From Lama glama (Eukaryota), in assembly GCA_028534125.1 (NCBI GenBank), contig CM052817.1, positions 66,342,001 to 66,406,000 on the forward strand: a DNA stretch of 64,000 nucleotides, written 5' to 3'. Of the stretch, positions 1 to 11,830 are shown in pieces (the stretch's first letter is position 1; each line of letters starts with the position of its first letter). Position numbers and translations under genes: made by a program. The notes below the pieces were generated by a model, which was given only the letters and a program-made list of their open reading frames with translations, ran no database searches and was not told where the DNA came from.

Positions 1-457
1 GAACTGGGATAACCTGTGCCAACCTGACTTCGTCCCAATAAATATTTGCTCCAGAAAGATAAGATTGCAAACCAATAAATATTTTCACTGTTTGCTTCAG
101 GAAATTCACATAAATCAGTTTTCCTGAGATAACAATCTGCTTATCTGGGTAAACAGCTCACTTACCAAATAGCAATTTACTTATGAAGACTGACTTCAAA
201 ACCTTCATCTCACTGCATCTACCAACCTCAAACTATTATGAACCATGTCCATTCTCAGTATTTCCTTCTCCCTAGAAAAATTTGAATGGTCCATCTTAAA
301 CTAGTTGAACTCAGAAGCCATAATTCTATAAATTATAAATCTCCCCAGCTCCTCCCTTTTGAGAGGAGGTCACATGGTATACTGCTTTACTGTAGTGAGT
401 TCTAATAACTTAAGCTTTATTAATTCATTGCTTGGTGATACTTTAGAGAATTCAACA
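1..457 (+). mobile_element. ERV1-type LTR, 3' portion (cut by window edge)
   Basis: LTR-like layout: tandem TATAAAT (327-340), AATAAC poly(A)-like signal near 404, ends ...ttcaaCA at 457. Family not assigned. Confidence 0.45.
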
Positions 458-1008
458 CTGGGTTCTTAAAATAGGGGAAATTAAGAATATTTTTAGGATT
501 TTAGATTTTGAGTAGGGTGATTTTTAGGGATTGGGCAGAGTTTACATGTAATAATTTTGGATTGGTGAGGATAGCAAAGCAAGGGTTTTGAAACAAATCT
601 TGACCAGCAAACTCTTAGTCCTAATACATATGCTCTTTTCGTTGGCTTATAGTCTTATCTTTTAAGAGCAAATACATTTCATTGAGCAGGCAGGTAACTT
701 TTTTTTTAAACTTGGTTCCAGTGTTGTTTAATATAGGGACAGAAAAGTATGCCTCATCCTTTTAAGTATTCAACAAAAGGACTGAAAGTTTGGTTTAAAT
801 GTCTAAAATGGTTTCAGTTCTCATTGTCATGCAGATAGAGAATGAACATGTATTTGTTCATTGAAATAACCCATTGCAAGAGCATTTAAATATGATTAAA
901 TTAAAAGAAGATAGCAAGGTTAACTGTAAAAAATTGCTGTTGCCCTACAGGACAGTAACACTAACCTTTGCAGTTATCTTTCCTACTAAACAGAAATCAT
1001 GTAACTTC

Positions 1009-1453
1009 TGTCATCTGAGAGAACACAATGTAAGAGCTGAGAACTGAGTTTCATTCAGTGTCTTACTGGGAACTATAGTGCAGGAGACATCCTCTCAGAT
1101 AGCTCTGAGGAGCTGCTCTGGAGACGGGGGTTGGGGGGCAGTATCTACATGACTTTGGTTAAGGAGTACGTGCCATCCAGCACTAGGTTTTTGCTAATCA
1201 GAGGAACAGATATCTCAGTTAATGACTTTAATTAATGATTTTTTTCTAAGTATGGTAGGATGCGAGAATCTGGGTTCATAAAAAAAATTTTTTTGAAATA
1301 TCCCTACGTAAGGGCCTGTTGTTTGCCCAGAGCACAGTGTCTCATCTTGATCTCTGCCCTGAATTCTTTTTGGGTGACTGTAGGTCAGTGACTGTAGTGA
1401 CTGATGACCGAATTCTTGCAGAACTGGATGTCAGCAACATTCTTTGTTTTACA
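1009..1453 (-). mobile_element. Solo LTR, ERV1 class, MER41-like cetartiodactyl family
   Basis: TG...CA termini (1009, 1453) flanked by identical 4-bp TSD CTTC (1005-1008, 1454-1457), typical of ERV1. Internal ctctcagatagctctgagg and cccagagcacagtgtctc match the MER41-like LTR I recall from artiodactyls. Confidence 0.75.
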
Positions 1454-2389
1454 CTTCACAATAACTGAATTTTTGTCCACATATAAATAGCAAGTTAAAC
1501 AAAGATACATTAACCCAGATAACTAAATAGTCTTCAGTTGGGCCTTTAAAAAAAGTGTTCCAGTAGGACAGTAAAAGATGGTATGCCACCATCTACTTGA
1601 CTTATTTCAAGTTTTAGATAATTTTAAAAATACTGATGATGTGTCATTACAAAAGAAATAAATTCACTCATTTAACTATCTACTCCGAAAAGTCAAGGGC
1701 TCTGTCTCATTACATTACATTAGGCTCCTGCACATAGTACATACTCAAGACATTCCGGCTGAATTGGCTTCCCTTCAGTCTCTAAAATTTTACATCCTAT
1801 GTATTCAGATGTAGCCCTGCTGATTCTGAGGTTTGTGATTCAAGGTAGTTATTACACTGTCTCATTTCATGCTTTGCTTTTCCTCTTCCCAGTGACTGCC
1901 GTTACATTATAGTTAATCAGAATGCTTTGGCATAAGTAAGTGAAAGAGAGATGAATGAATACAAATGATGCCTAAATGAAGTAATTTTCATAATTTCACC
2001 TGAATAACTAAAATATAATTTTAAATAGGGAAGAGTGAATTAAATGGACATTTATCTAAATGTTTTAAATTGAGAAAAAACAGTTTTTTTTTTTCCAGGG
2101 AATGACCATCTCTGGTATGGCTACAAAGTATGTGATATGGCTAAGAACTGTGAGATGAATTAGGAAAAGAGGGAAGCAACAGAGGTGAAAATGGTTTGAA
2201 GCAGGGATGTTTGTGTATCACAGTGGGAGGAGGGGAATATTAAGCAAAAATTGGGGGAAGTGGGGAAAAAACATAACGGGAGAGAATTTTATGTTTCAAA
2301 GCAATGGAAGTTTGGAGAAGTAAGTGAAACGACTTTTTCATAAACTAAAAAGCCAGAATGAGAAATTTGATTTGATTTTAGAAGTGTTG

Positions 2390-3500
2390 AAAATAGAACT
2401 GTCATATATTAGAAAACTAAATTGAACACAGTGTTCAGGACGTAGAAGAAAGAGAGACTGAAATTGGCCAGTTGAGAAGCTGTGGCAATAACTCAGACAA
2501 GACACTAGGAGAGTTATGATTAAAATAAGAGGACGCATCTTAGACCTTTTGATGGATATGTTTATAGAATTTGATGACTGATTGTATATAAGAAATGAAA
2601 AGAATATAAAAATCAAAGATAAATCCAGGATTTTTTTATGTTCATCTCTGAGATGAAGAGTTTGGTCTGTGGAGGTGGAATGGGGGCAGAACTGTGGACC
2701 CAGTTGAGACATAGCAAGTTCATAGTTTAGAGCATTCAAATTGTGGGGTGGATGTTGGGGGAACAGGCTCAAAGTTGACAAAGATATCAGAGGTTACCAT
2801 AGAGATCTGAGAATCAGGAATCATTCAACCTGTGGAAGTGGATGACGATGCTCATGGAAATAGCACAGAAAAATAAGAGCAAATGGCAGGGTTTGAGGCC
2901 TCAAGAAAAGATGGGGAATCAAGAACAGCATTAGTTCAGCATAAGGAAGAACAGAAGAAAAGGTCCTGGAGAAAGATTATTAGATTTTGTGAGAAGAAAG
3001 CCATTCTTGGCCTTAGAAGTTTCACTTAGGGAAAGTACACTGCAGATGAGCTAAGAAGAAATGTAAGGGTGGGGAAAAACAGCAATATAAAGAGATACGG
3101 ACAATGCATTCAAGAAACCTTACAGAGAGATAATACTAGTTAGGGCATGGTGTGCATATGGGAGATGATGTTAAATGCAAGTGCATGCTAAAAATACAAA
3201 CAAGGAAAAGATGGTTGAAGGAGTGCATTAAATTAGAGAAAGAAGTGCATTCCCTCAGCAGTAAGGAAAGAGTAGGACCTGGATAGTAGAATTAATTTTA
3301 GAGAAAAGATGTTGTTTTTCAAACTGGATGGAAGGATAAGAGGATCAATACCAATTTCTATATTGATGACATATACCATGTATATGGTATCAGAGAAAAA
3401 ATTATGTAGATTATATTTAGATACAACAGGATGTGCACTCACTTTGGAGTGAGGCAATATTTGGGAGATGAAAGAAAAGAGTTTTCTATGGCAAAAGTGT
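2390..3500 (-). mobile_element. Degraded L2 LINE fragment(s)
   Basis: Purine-rich antisense L2-like sequence; boundaries approximate. The 147-aa and 109-aa ORFs here look non-coding. Confidence 0.45.
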
Positions 3501-3639
3501 ATCTGGACGTATTTAGTAAATCGGCATGGAGAGGTGACAAGATGCCCTTTCTTCCTATTCATTGCTATGGGGAGCTGGTAGTTCTTGGTAGAAAACTACA
3601 AAGCTTTGTTTTATGAGCACAGAGGTCTTTTGGGCAGGA

Positions 3640-4424
3640 AGGGGCCAAGACCTGAAGGACTTTGCTGTAAAGTGAAAGGTTATCAAAATGTTTTGGATAG
3701 GTCAGGAATCTTTTAACAAGATTCCATAGTAAAGAAAGAAACAAGAGAGAAAGACAAACAATGGGCTGGTGCCTGAACTGAAAGTTGGAAGAATAAGGGT
3801 CTCTTAGGTGGTTTACACTGGAACTTACTTTGACCCAGATGTCCTTCTGGCAACCTTATGTCCTAACAAGGAATCATATAGGTAAGTAAGTAAAAACCCA
3901 AGTTGTAAAGACCCGTAACACTGGGACTAGACCTATGGGACACTTGTTGCTGAGCATAAAATTGAAGACAGGTGTATTCTCCTTAGCACCTGAGAGAACA
4001 CTGCAAGGCTAGCAATTGCAGTGAAAGGGCCTCACGTCAAATTGCTGGACTGTCCTAAGTTTAGAAATGAATGACACCCGCTGTACTCTTTGCAAGTATT
4101 AGAGGTCCATTGTGAGAAACTGAGGTTAGCCAGCAGGGGGTGCTGCTTAAATGTCAGATCTGACAGAGATCGGTCACAATGGGCACGCCTAACTTAGTGC
4201 CACCAGGTGGGTCCTAGAAGAATCTGTTCAGATGATTAATTGGCGGGTTTGGGGGGATCTTTATGAACCCTTGGAGAAGAAAACTCAACAAAAAATTATC
4301 CTTCCTACCAGTTTGGACATATAGAGTTGAGTTGTCATAGACTGAACATCAGTACACTTGTGACCTGATTTTGTATCCAACCGTGGAGAAGCAGAACAGC
4401 GATACAGAAATCTGTACAGTTACA
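3640..4424 (+). mobile_element. Possible ancient LTR (MamGypLTR-like) carrying CTCF motifs
   Basis: GC-richer ~0.8 kb block ending ...gttaCA with an internal CCAGCAGGGGG motif; resemblance from memory only, 5' end unclear. Confidence 0.3.
4127..4145 (+). promoter_or_regulatory. CTCF core motif
   Basis: tagCCAGCAGGGGGTGCtg, one substitution (C>T at the CpG position) from the CCAGCAGGGGGCGC consensus. Confidence 0.55.
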
Positions 4425-4469
4425 ACAGAAGCTTGTATATATGCATGACATTTAGAACACAGGTTTTGT

Positions 4470-4650
4470 TTTGACAGATTGTGCTTAAGTTCTGGCTCTA
4501 CTATATACTAAAAAGATGTGTGATTTTATGTGAATTATTTAAACTCTATGAGAGATTACATGAGAAAAATAATACCTACTCCAAGATATTTTACTGAATA
4601 ATGCAGATAGAGGATACAGGTCGGTGCCTGGCTCACTCTGGTGGTTGTGA
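4470..4650 (+). mobile_element. MIR SINE fragment
   Basis: Degenerate MIR core (ctggctctactat...taatacctact...gtgcctggc). Confidence 0.5.
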
Positions 4651-5619
4651 TTGTCAGGGTGGCTATTATTGTTATGATAATTCTAACCCCATGGCAATCA
4701 GCTACTATGATGAGCAAATTTCTGTTTCAGAGAGTTTGCAAATTTTGGAGTTGAATAGGTTTTTTTTTTTTTTTTTTTTGGTAATTTGCCTGTGTTCATG
4801 ACCTAAAATGTGTGTCCCCACCAGGGATTAGTGCATTTGTCAAGGTGGGTGAGAGAGTGCTTTCCCACTCGTGATAATCTCCTTTCACGTGAAGGCGTCT
4901 TTAACTGTGGGATTCTCCTGGTCGCCTTTCACTCCCTTGCATGCACAGAGGATGATTTAATGACTTACTTTGATGGATGAGTTTGCTAGCAAGAATTGTG
5001 TATGTGTATCTCCCCCATCCCCTCTCACTGGGATGTGAGCTGCGTGTGAGGATCAGGCATTTCCCTCCCCTCATCCGCACTGTGCATACGTTCTGTGGGT
5101 GGCCCTGCATGTGAGGTCAGTAGCACCAGTGCCCAGGTACTGGGTGGGCAGGTCTGTCATGTTCTGGATGTCCATGTTAGGTAGCCTACTTGCCCACACA
5201 TTTAAACCACATTTTAAAAAACTTTTTCTTGGTCATGGAAATTTTAATTTCCTCTTGGAAATATTCAGCTGTCACATGGAAGAGAAATAACAGGTGGCTA
5301 GTTATCAAAGACTCCCGTATATTGGAAATGAGAAAAATTTAAAAAGCTACCACTGAGAGAGAAGCCTAGGATTATGACAACGTCCCAGCCATCATTGTTT
5401 CTCCCAAGGGAAAGAACTTTATACCTAATCATGCATCTCACGTAATAGCAGCTGAAACTCCAGCCAAGGGCAATCTTAATGCTGCTATCATTGCCAGCAT
5501 TTTAGAATTTGCAAATTAGGTTCATGACAGCTTATGTCTTTCAACATTAACCATATTTGTTTTAAATTAGGACAAGAAAAGAAAGGAAATGATGTTAAGT
5601 GACTTAATTAGCTATTGTT

Positions 5620-5815
5620 TTACATTAAAAGTCTTTAATTCCTGTAAAAATTCTGCAAGTTAAATAGAATGGATCCCATTTTACAGATGTGGAAGCTAAG
5701 GCTTGGAAAAAGGTAAAGTAACTTCATTAAGATTACGGGTTGGCAGGTTTTCAAGTTAGGATTTTTTCAACTCAAACCAGACTTGTTCCAAAACTGATGT
5801 TCTTTCCATTGTACC
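5620..5815 (-). mobile_element. MIR SINE
   Basis: cccattttacagatgtggaagctaaggct = antisense MIR core. Confidence 0.7.
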
Positions 5816-6789
5816 TTACTTTCTCTTTAAAATTAATTCATTGTGAATTCAAGTTCTGTTCTACTTTCATTATTTTGCTTAAGGTATTGACTTGGTTTTT
5901 ATTCAGTGGCATTTGTTTACTTTAATCTAATAGTACCTACAGAGATATTGCAATTCCATTTCTAGTTTTAACCTCAAGGAATGAAAACATAGGATGCTCA
6001 AATAGCTTCATTTCCTCAGCTAATAGGAAATTTGTGTAGACCACAATGCTGAGCACACCAAATCTGAGGATCAAAAGAATTTTAAATCCTACATTCTTTA
6101 GAAGTTTACTTTGTTTTAATCTGCTAGTGTCGTTCATGTGGCTAGCAGCATGACTAAGTGCAGAGGACTGTTTTAATGGCTGGAATTGGTCCTTAATAAG
6201 GTGGGACAGGTATGCAAGAGAGAGAAATTATTTCCCAAGAGAATTGTCAAAAGAGGGGTATGAACTAATGGTCCACCAATGAGATTTGGGATGAATCTAG
6301 GTCTGCATGGGAGTAGTTTCTTAAAAGAGGTGTGTAGACTAAACACAACATTTTTCTGAGCCCTAAATGTAAACTGCACACAGGAATTAATAAAAATAAA
6401 AATAATATTTGAACATTTTCTTTAACTTTTCAGAACGCTGTCATTTTTACTGTAGTATCATACAGAAAATCTATGAAAAGTAACTCTTCAGGCTTCGTGA
6501 AATATTTTGAAAAACTTGCCAGGGAGAAATCTGATAGGTTGATCATGCTTGCTGTTATAAAACTGGCTATTCCTTTGCGAATGGTAACTTCTACTGTTTA
6601 GTTTGGATTGCTTCGCCTGGGGGAGATAGTCTTGAATAGATGACAAAACAGACTTATCTCTTAGAAATTTTTTTTTGTAAAATGGGCATGATTGTTTCCT
6701 TTTCTTGAAAAATAGAACTACATCTTGAATGAGAAGAGTTGAACACGAGCAGAGAAGCAATGGAGCATTGTTTCTGAGAGGAGAGGCTG

Positions 6790-7000
6790 TGGCTCAGTTC
6801 AGGTGCCAGCTCTCTGCTTAACGACTATGCGACCTTGGACAAATTCCTTTTGTTCTATGAATCTTGTTCCACACTTGTAAAATAAAAACAATGATATTGC
6901 CTATCTGATATCTATATAGTTATTCTCAAGAATAAATTAAACAGTGTTTTTAACACTTCAAGCACATGGTAAAGACTCAGAGCATGTTGGATATTATCGT
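6790..7000 (+). mobile_element. MIR SINE
   Basis: gcgaccttggacaaatt...ttgtaaaat...gcacatggtaaagactcag matches MIR body and tail. Confidence 0.65.
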
Positions 7001-10000
7001 AATGGCTATTGGCTATATTGTTCAACATTACAGTTAAAAATATATTATAAGTTATCAAGCTTTTAAGTAAACTGGAAAAACTAGGTATCTCTCAAGGTAA
7101 TCATTAACTTTTACCAATTCACCATGATTGCTATTTGTATGTATAATCCTGGATTAAAATTTACTTTTATTAACCACATGATGTGTCTGTTATTTGGGTA
7201 TTTCTACTTAACAGAGAAAATGCTTTCATTTGAGTCAACTTCACAGCTTCCCTATTTTTTTTTTCTTTCCCTGGTGTATAATATAAAAGACCTGGTGGTG
7301 GAATACAGTGATGCTACTAAAAAGACCAAATTCTAGAACCAGTTTCCCCAGCACAGATTTCTTGGCTCTTTTCCTCGTTGGAAGATAAGTGAGAGATAGT
7401 GCCATGTTCCTACCTTAGCTTTGTCTTCTTTAGCTTGAAATTTGCATGCAGTAGGGAAATTCACTGGAACCAGCTCATTTGTCTGACTCCTCTCAATCTC
7501 AGATCTGAATGAAGGAGTAGGACTCTAAGAGGCCCTACCAAGTTCACACAGCTAACTGGGGCAGAGGGAAGACACAGCCCTTCTGACTCTCTATCTAGTG
7601 TAGTTCTCACTAATTACCTGATGTCTCTCAGCTGGCTTCTCAGCTGTCATTCTCCCAGATTTAGTCTCTGTATAAACTTCTCTGTTAAAATGAAACAAGC
7701 CAAAACCAAAACTTTGTCTTTTTCACAGAGGGTATTTTTCCTACCCATCCCTTCTTTCTTTACACCATTGCTTACTGGATGAGAACGTGAGTGGAGATGT
7801 AGGTCTTGAAGGCGGAGCTACTAGCTGCTCCTCCAAAAACCTGTAAATCATGGATTTCAGGGATGCAAATATAGGTAGGTGCTGTGGCTCTGAGAAAGTT
7901 GTTGGGTAGATAAGGTTCTCCCTGTCTCTGATAAGATCTCTTAGACTCTTGGCTTTCAGCCTTTCTTTTCTTTGCTGTAACAATCTTTTAAATCTTAGAT
8001 CAGGAGAAATTCTCCCAGCCTAGTCCAATTAATTAAGATAAATTCTTGTGCATGTATTTGGAAGGAAAGGAAAGTTTGATATTCAAAAAAATACATCTTT
8101 GAACTTTGGATCCAAATATATTTTTTAAGGAGAATGTTTTATGAAAAGGACTTTTGGTTTTATTTTGGAAATTTTAGTTCTTTATATTACATATAAAAAT
8201 GAATTAGTAAAAAAACAGATTACTCAAAGTTAATGAAAATATTGAACTCAACTTTGAACTGTTGGTATGGGTAGTTGAATTTCCTAGGCCAGCTTTCTGA
8301 GTCAGAGCTGAAGCACATCATTTCCCAGTTCTGGCTTATAAAGCCTCTTCCTTATAATGTCTTCCTTCAAGAAGGGAAGCCGCTCAAAGTGAAAAGAAGG
8401 GAGGAGTATTGAGTGGAAATGATGATTCATTACCACAGCTCCCAGTAATAGACTAATCCATTCACACAGTTCATGGTCATCTGTTTTTCTACGCCAGTAT
8501 GATAATGAATCACTGCTGTTTACTGCTTGGGGTGTAGCACCTTTCAACACCTGTAAGAAAGAAACGCTGTTTGAAAGCTGGTTTCTTGGTTCGGATGCCA
8601 AAATGGTTTGTGACATGCTCTTGTTCCAAAAGCCTCGTAGTAGAAAAGACTACATTCATATTCCAAACTTGAAGAAACTGTGCTTCTCTTAGGGAGGGAC
8701 TGTGTCCTTCCTGGAAGTGTCTCACTGGAACAAGATCTGAACATGCTTGCATCACTGTCACTGTCAGGCAAAACAGACTTGGGCCATAATTTGTCCATGT
8801 TGACTCTGGCTTATTTACAATAGACAAGTACAAATAAGGAGACATAATTCTGCTTTTGCATCTTACAGGGAGTTTATTATGTTTTGGATTCACTCTCCTA
8901 CCTTTGATCTCTCCAGGAAGTTTTAGGTCAAAGTAGTAAACTCTTCTTCAAGTTAATCTTGGTCTACAAATTCAGACTTTTGAAATTAATTCTAAAAGCA
9001 GTTGACTTTAAGAACGTGTTGGAAAATGAAATAAACTGATCTCTGGAGATATCATATGTACCTATATTAACCTAGAATTGTTTGCTGAAATGTTTTGTTC
9101 AATCATTTTGTTTCTAATGCTGTTATGTTAAAGTACAGTGTAATCCATGTTTGGATCCTTCAGAATTGATGAATGAGGTCCTTGGCCTCACAACTTTGAA
9201 TGTTTATGAGTATAATTTATTTTTGTTTCTCTAATAATGTATATTATTATCACCTCACCTGAGATTTCTGGTATGAAATTGGGCTACCATCATTTAGATA
9301 TTTGAAAATTACACCTATAGGAAAGTAACTTTGAGTGATGGGATTCTCTTTGAGAGTATGCCACAGTCTCTCCAAAAGAAAAGAAGAGGATTAGAATACA
9401 AGATGGGAGACCAGAACCAATGTTGTATTTCTCTAATAATGCTGGCACAACCGAGTAATCCTAGAATCCTGCTGCCCAAGTCCCGCAGCCAGCAGAGGCA
9501 ACTCCCTGGAGAGACACTATCTCCAGTTGGATGTGAAAAAGAGTAAATAATACAATGAAATCGTTAGGGATTAAATGGCAGCTCAAATAATCTCTTCCCT
9601 TTTAGGTTGAATACATTTGTTTTCTAAGCAAATGACAAATGAGTCTTAGAAATACTATTTTAGTTGGTCTGGTATTTTTTACTTAAAAACCATTTTAAGC
9701 CTAGTCATAGTTCCAGATGGTCAGAATGAAAATCATGCAACTCACTCTAGAGGTTAAGCTAAAAGTTATAGCTGGGAATTTACCAGGATTTTGTTGTATT
9801 TTAGAAATTCAGAATGTTTAAGGATCTCTAATATGTCTGACTATGATGCAGAGACAGTGAAAATAGGCCTGATATGGCTGTAGTATGACAAAAGCAGTTT
9901 TATGCAAGACAGTCATTGTCAAGTGACACAAGTACGAATGATGTTGGCCACATCAACACTGAGTCACCCATAATTCAGGTGGATCCTATGGCAACCTAAT

Positions 10001-10295
10001 GATTTTTTTCATTCATGCCCACAGAGGTGGACTCATTCTTTCAGAAAGTACTTGAAACAACAGTAACAAAGATGGAAACATTGACCATTTCCATGGGGAC
10101 ATTACTTCCTAATCTACTGCTGTGGACTGTTCCTCCAGGGCTGATAAAAATGTATGGAATTTTGTGGTTCTTGCTATTTGCTGAAAATCAGCGATAACGT
10201 GGTGGCACATCTCAAACTGCAATAGTTTATCTAAATCTTTTCCTTATAACTTTCTTGGGGACTATCCAGTGTCTAAGCTTCCCGTAATTACTCAT

Positions 10296-10328
10296 CATTC
10301 CAAGGCATTCCAAGGCATTCCAAGGCAT
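10296..10328 (+). repeat. Perfect 10-bp tandem repeat (CATTCCAAGG)x3.3
   Basis: Directly visible. Confidence 0.95.
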
Positions 10329-10579
10329 CTAATGAACTACCTTAGTGGGTTACTTTCTGTCAAAATACAATGTTCCTACACAGGATGAAGTTTGATTTCA
10401 TTACATTTAATACATATTTAGGGAGCAGTGAACACATGGCAGGTATTTGACAGGTGCTGCAGACACCACCTGGATCTTAGTAGTTCTCATGAACTTACTA
10501 GAGTGTAGAAATAAGGGAGGACAAATTGTGTCTTTGAATAGATGTCTTTATTATGAGGATTGCAGGGGCTCACAAAGTG

Positions 10580-10750
10580 TCTGAAATATTTTTGAACTAT
10601 GAGATTTTTGGCTTTGTAAACTATGGAATATTATTTTCCTTCTCTGAGCTTTATGTCTATATGCAAAGTGTATATAACACCTACATTACATGGTGGTTCT
10701 GAGGATTAAATTGAACACATATGTAGCACTTATTGTAGTAACTGACAGAG
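10580..10750 (+). mobile_element. MIR SINE fragment
   Basis: ctctgagcttt...ggtggttctgaggattaaattg...gtagcactt. Confidence 0.55.
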
Positions 10751-11144
10751 AGGATGCTCCATGGAAAGCATGAAAGCATGTATTCCTATTATTCCTCTCA
10801 TGGTGTTAGGAGGACCATGTTCATCTGGAAACACTAGGAATTTAGAAAAGAGCATCATGGTTTTGATTAGCTTGGAAGTCTTTGGGCTTACTGAGTCCAT
10901 TTATGAAAGATCTATGGAGTGGAAAAGACTCTGGTACCTGCCCAAGTCCCTTACAAAGAGAAATGAGGATGAACATTTCCTAAATTCTTTTGGAGACTGG
11001 ATCACTGAATAGGGAGACCCCTGCTGAGGCAGAGAAGATGCCAAGGGCTGTGCTTCCCTTTGGAGGTTCTATGAAGAAGCTCTGCTGGTACCAAATGCAA
11101 GAGAGCACTCGTTGCTTCTCAGCCACCTGCTGGGCAATCAGGCA

Positions 11145-11830
11145 TCAAACATTCACTCTACAAATACGTATTTCTTAAATGAGTACTATGTACCAAGCAT
11201 TGTTTTAAGTGATGAAAATAGAGAAGTGAAAAGGTCAATGACGCGAATCGCTGTTACCATGGAACTTACATTGTTGTAGAGGGAGGAAGACAATAAACAT
11301 GGTCCAAAAATAACAATGTATGAGGTATGTTAGAAGGTGAAAAGTGCCAGTGAGAAGAAGGAATCTGAGAAGAGGGTGAGGCATGCTGGTGGGTGCAGCT
11401 TTAAGTGGGGTGGCCAGGGTAGGCATCAGTGAGCAGGTCTCCTCTAAGCAAGTATTTCGAAAAAAAAAACCCACAGGAATGATGAGTTAGCTAGTCCCAG
11501 TGAAGTACTGGAGGGAAAGAAGACAGGCCTAGTGTGAAGACTCTGAGGTGGAACCATGCTGGTGCGTCCCAGGACCACGGGAAGACAAAGAGACCAGAGC
11601 CGAGTAAGCAAACAGAAAGAGCATCTGGAGAGGTAATGGGAAGTCTGATCACATAGGACTGTGTGCACCTTCCTAAGAAATTAGTTTTTAACTCCCACTT
11701 ATGTGGGGAGCCCCTGGGGGGCTTGGAACAGATGAGCATTGTGCTTTGATTTCATTTTTGTAAGTCTTGTACTACTGCTGGATGATAGTAGACTCTGGGG
11801 GCAGGAGGGCAAGGTACATGGTGGGGTTGA
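11145..11830 (-). mobile_element. L2 (L2a-like) LINE 3' region
   Basis: Antisense L2 3' end (gagtactatgtaccaagcattgtt...atggaacttacatt...ggccagggtaggc...). Confidence 0.7.

Noticed and set aside
1009..1453. Interferon-inducible (GAS/STAT1) enhancer in the MER41-like LTR
   Set aside because: I found no intact TTCNNNGAA in this copy, so the known MER41 function cannot be transferred.
2338..2781. Longest ORF in the track (147 aa)
   Set aside because: Non-ATG start, S/F/L-rich composition, overlaps L2-like sequence, no recognisable domain.
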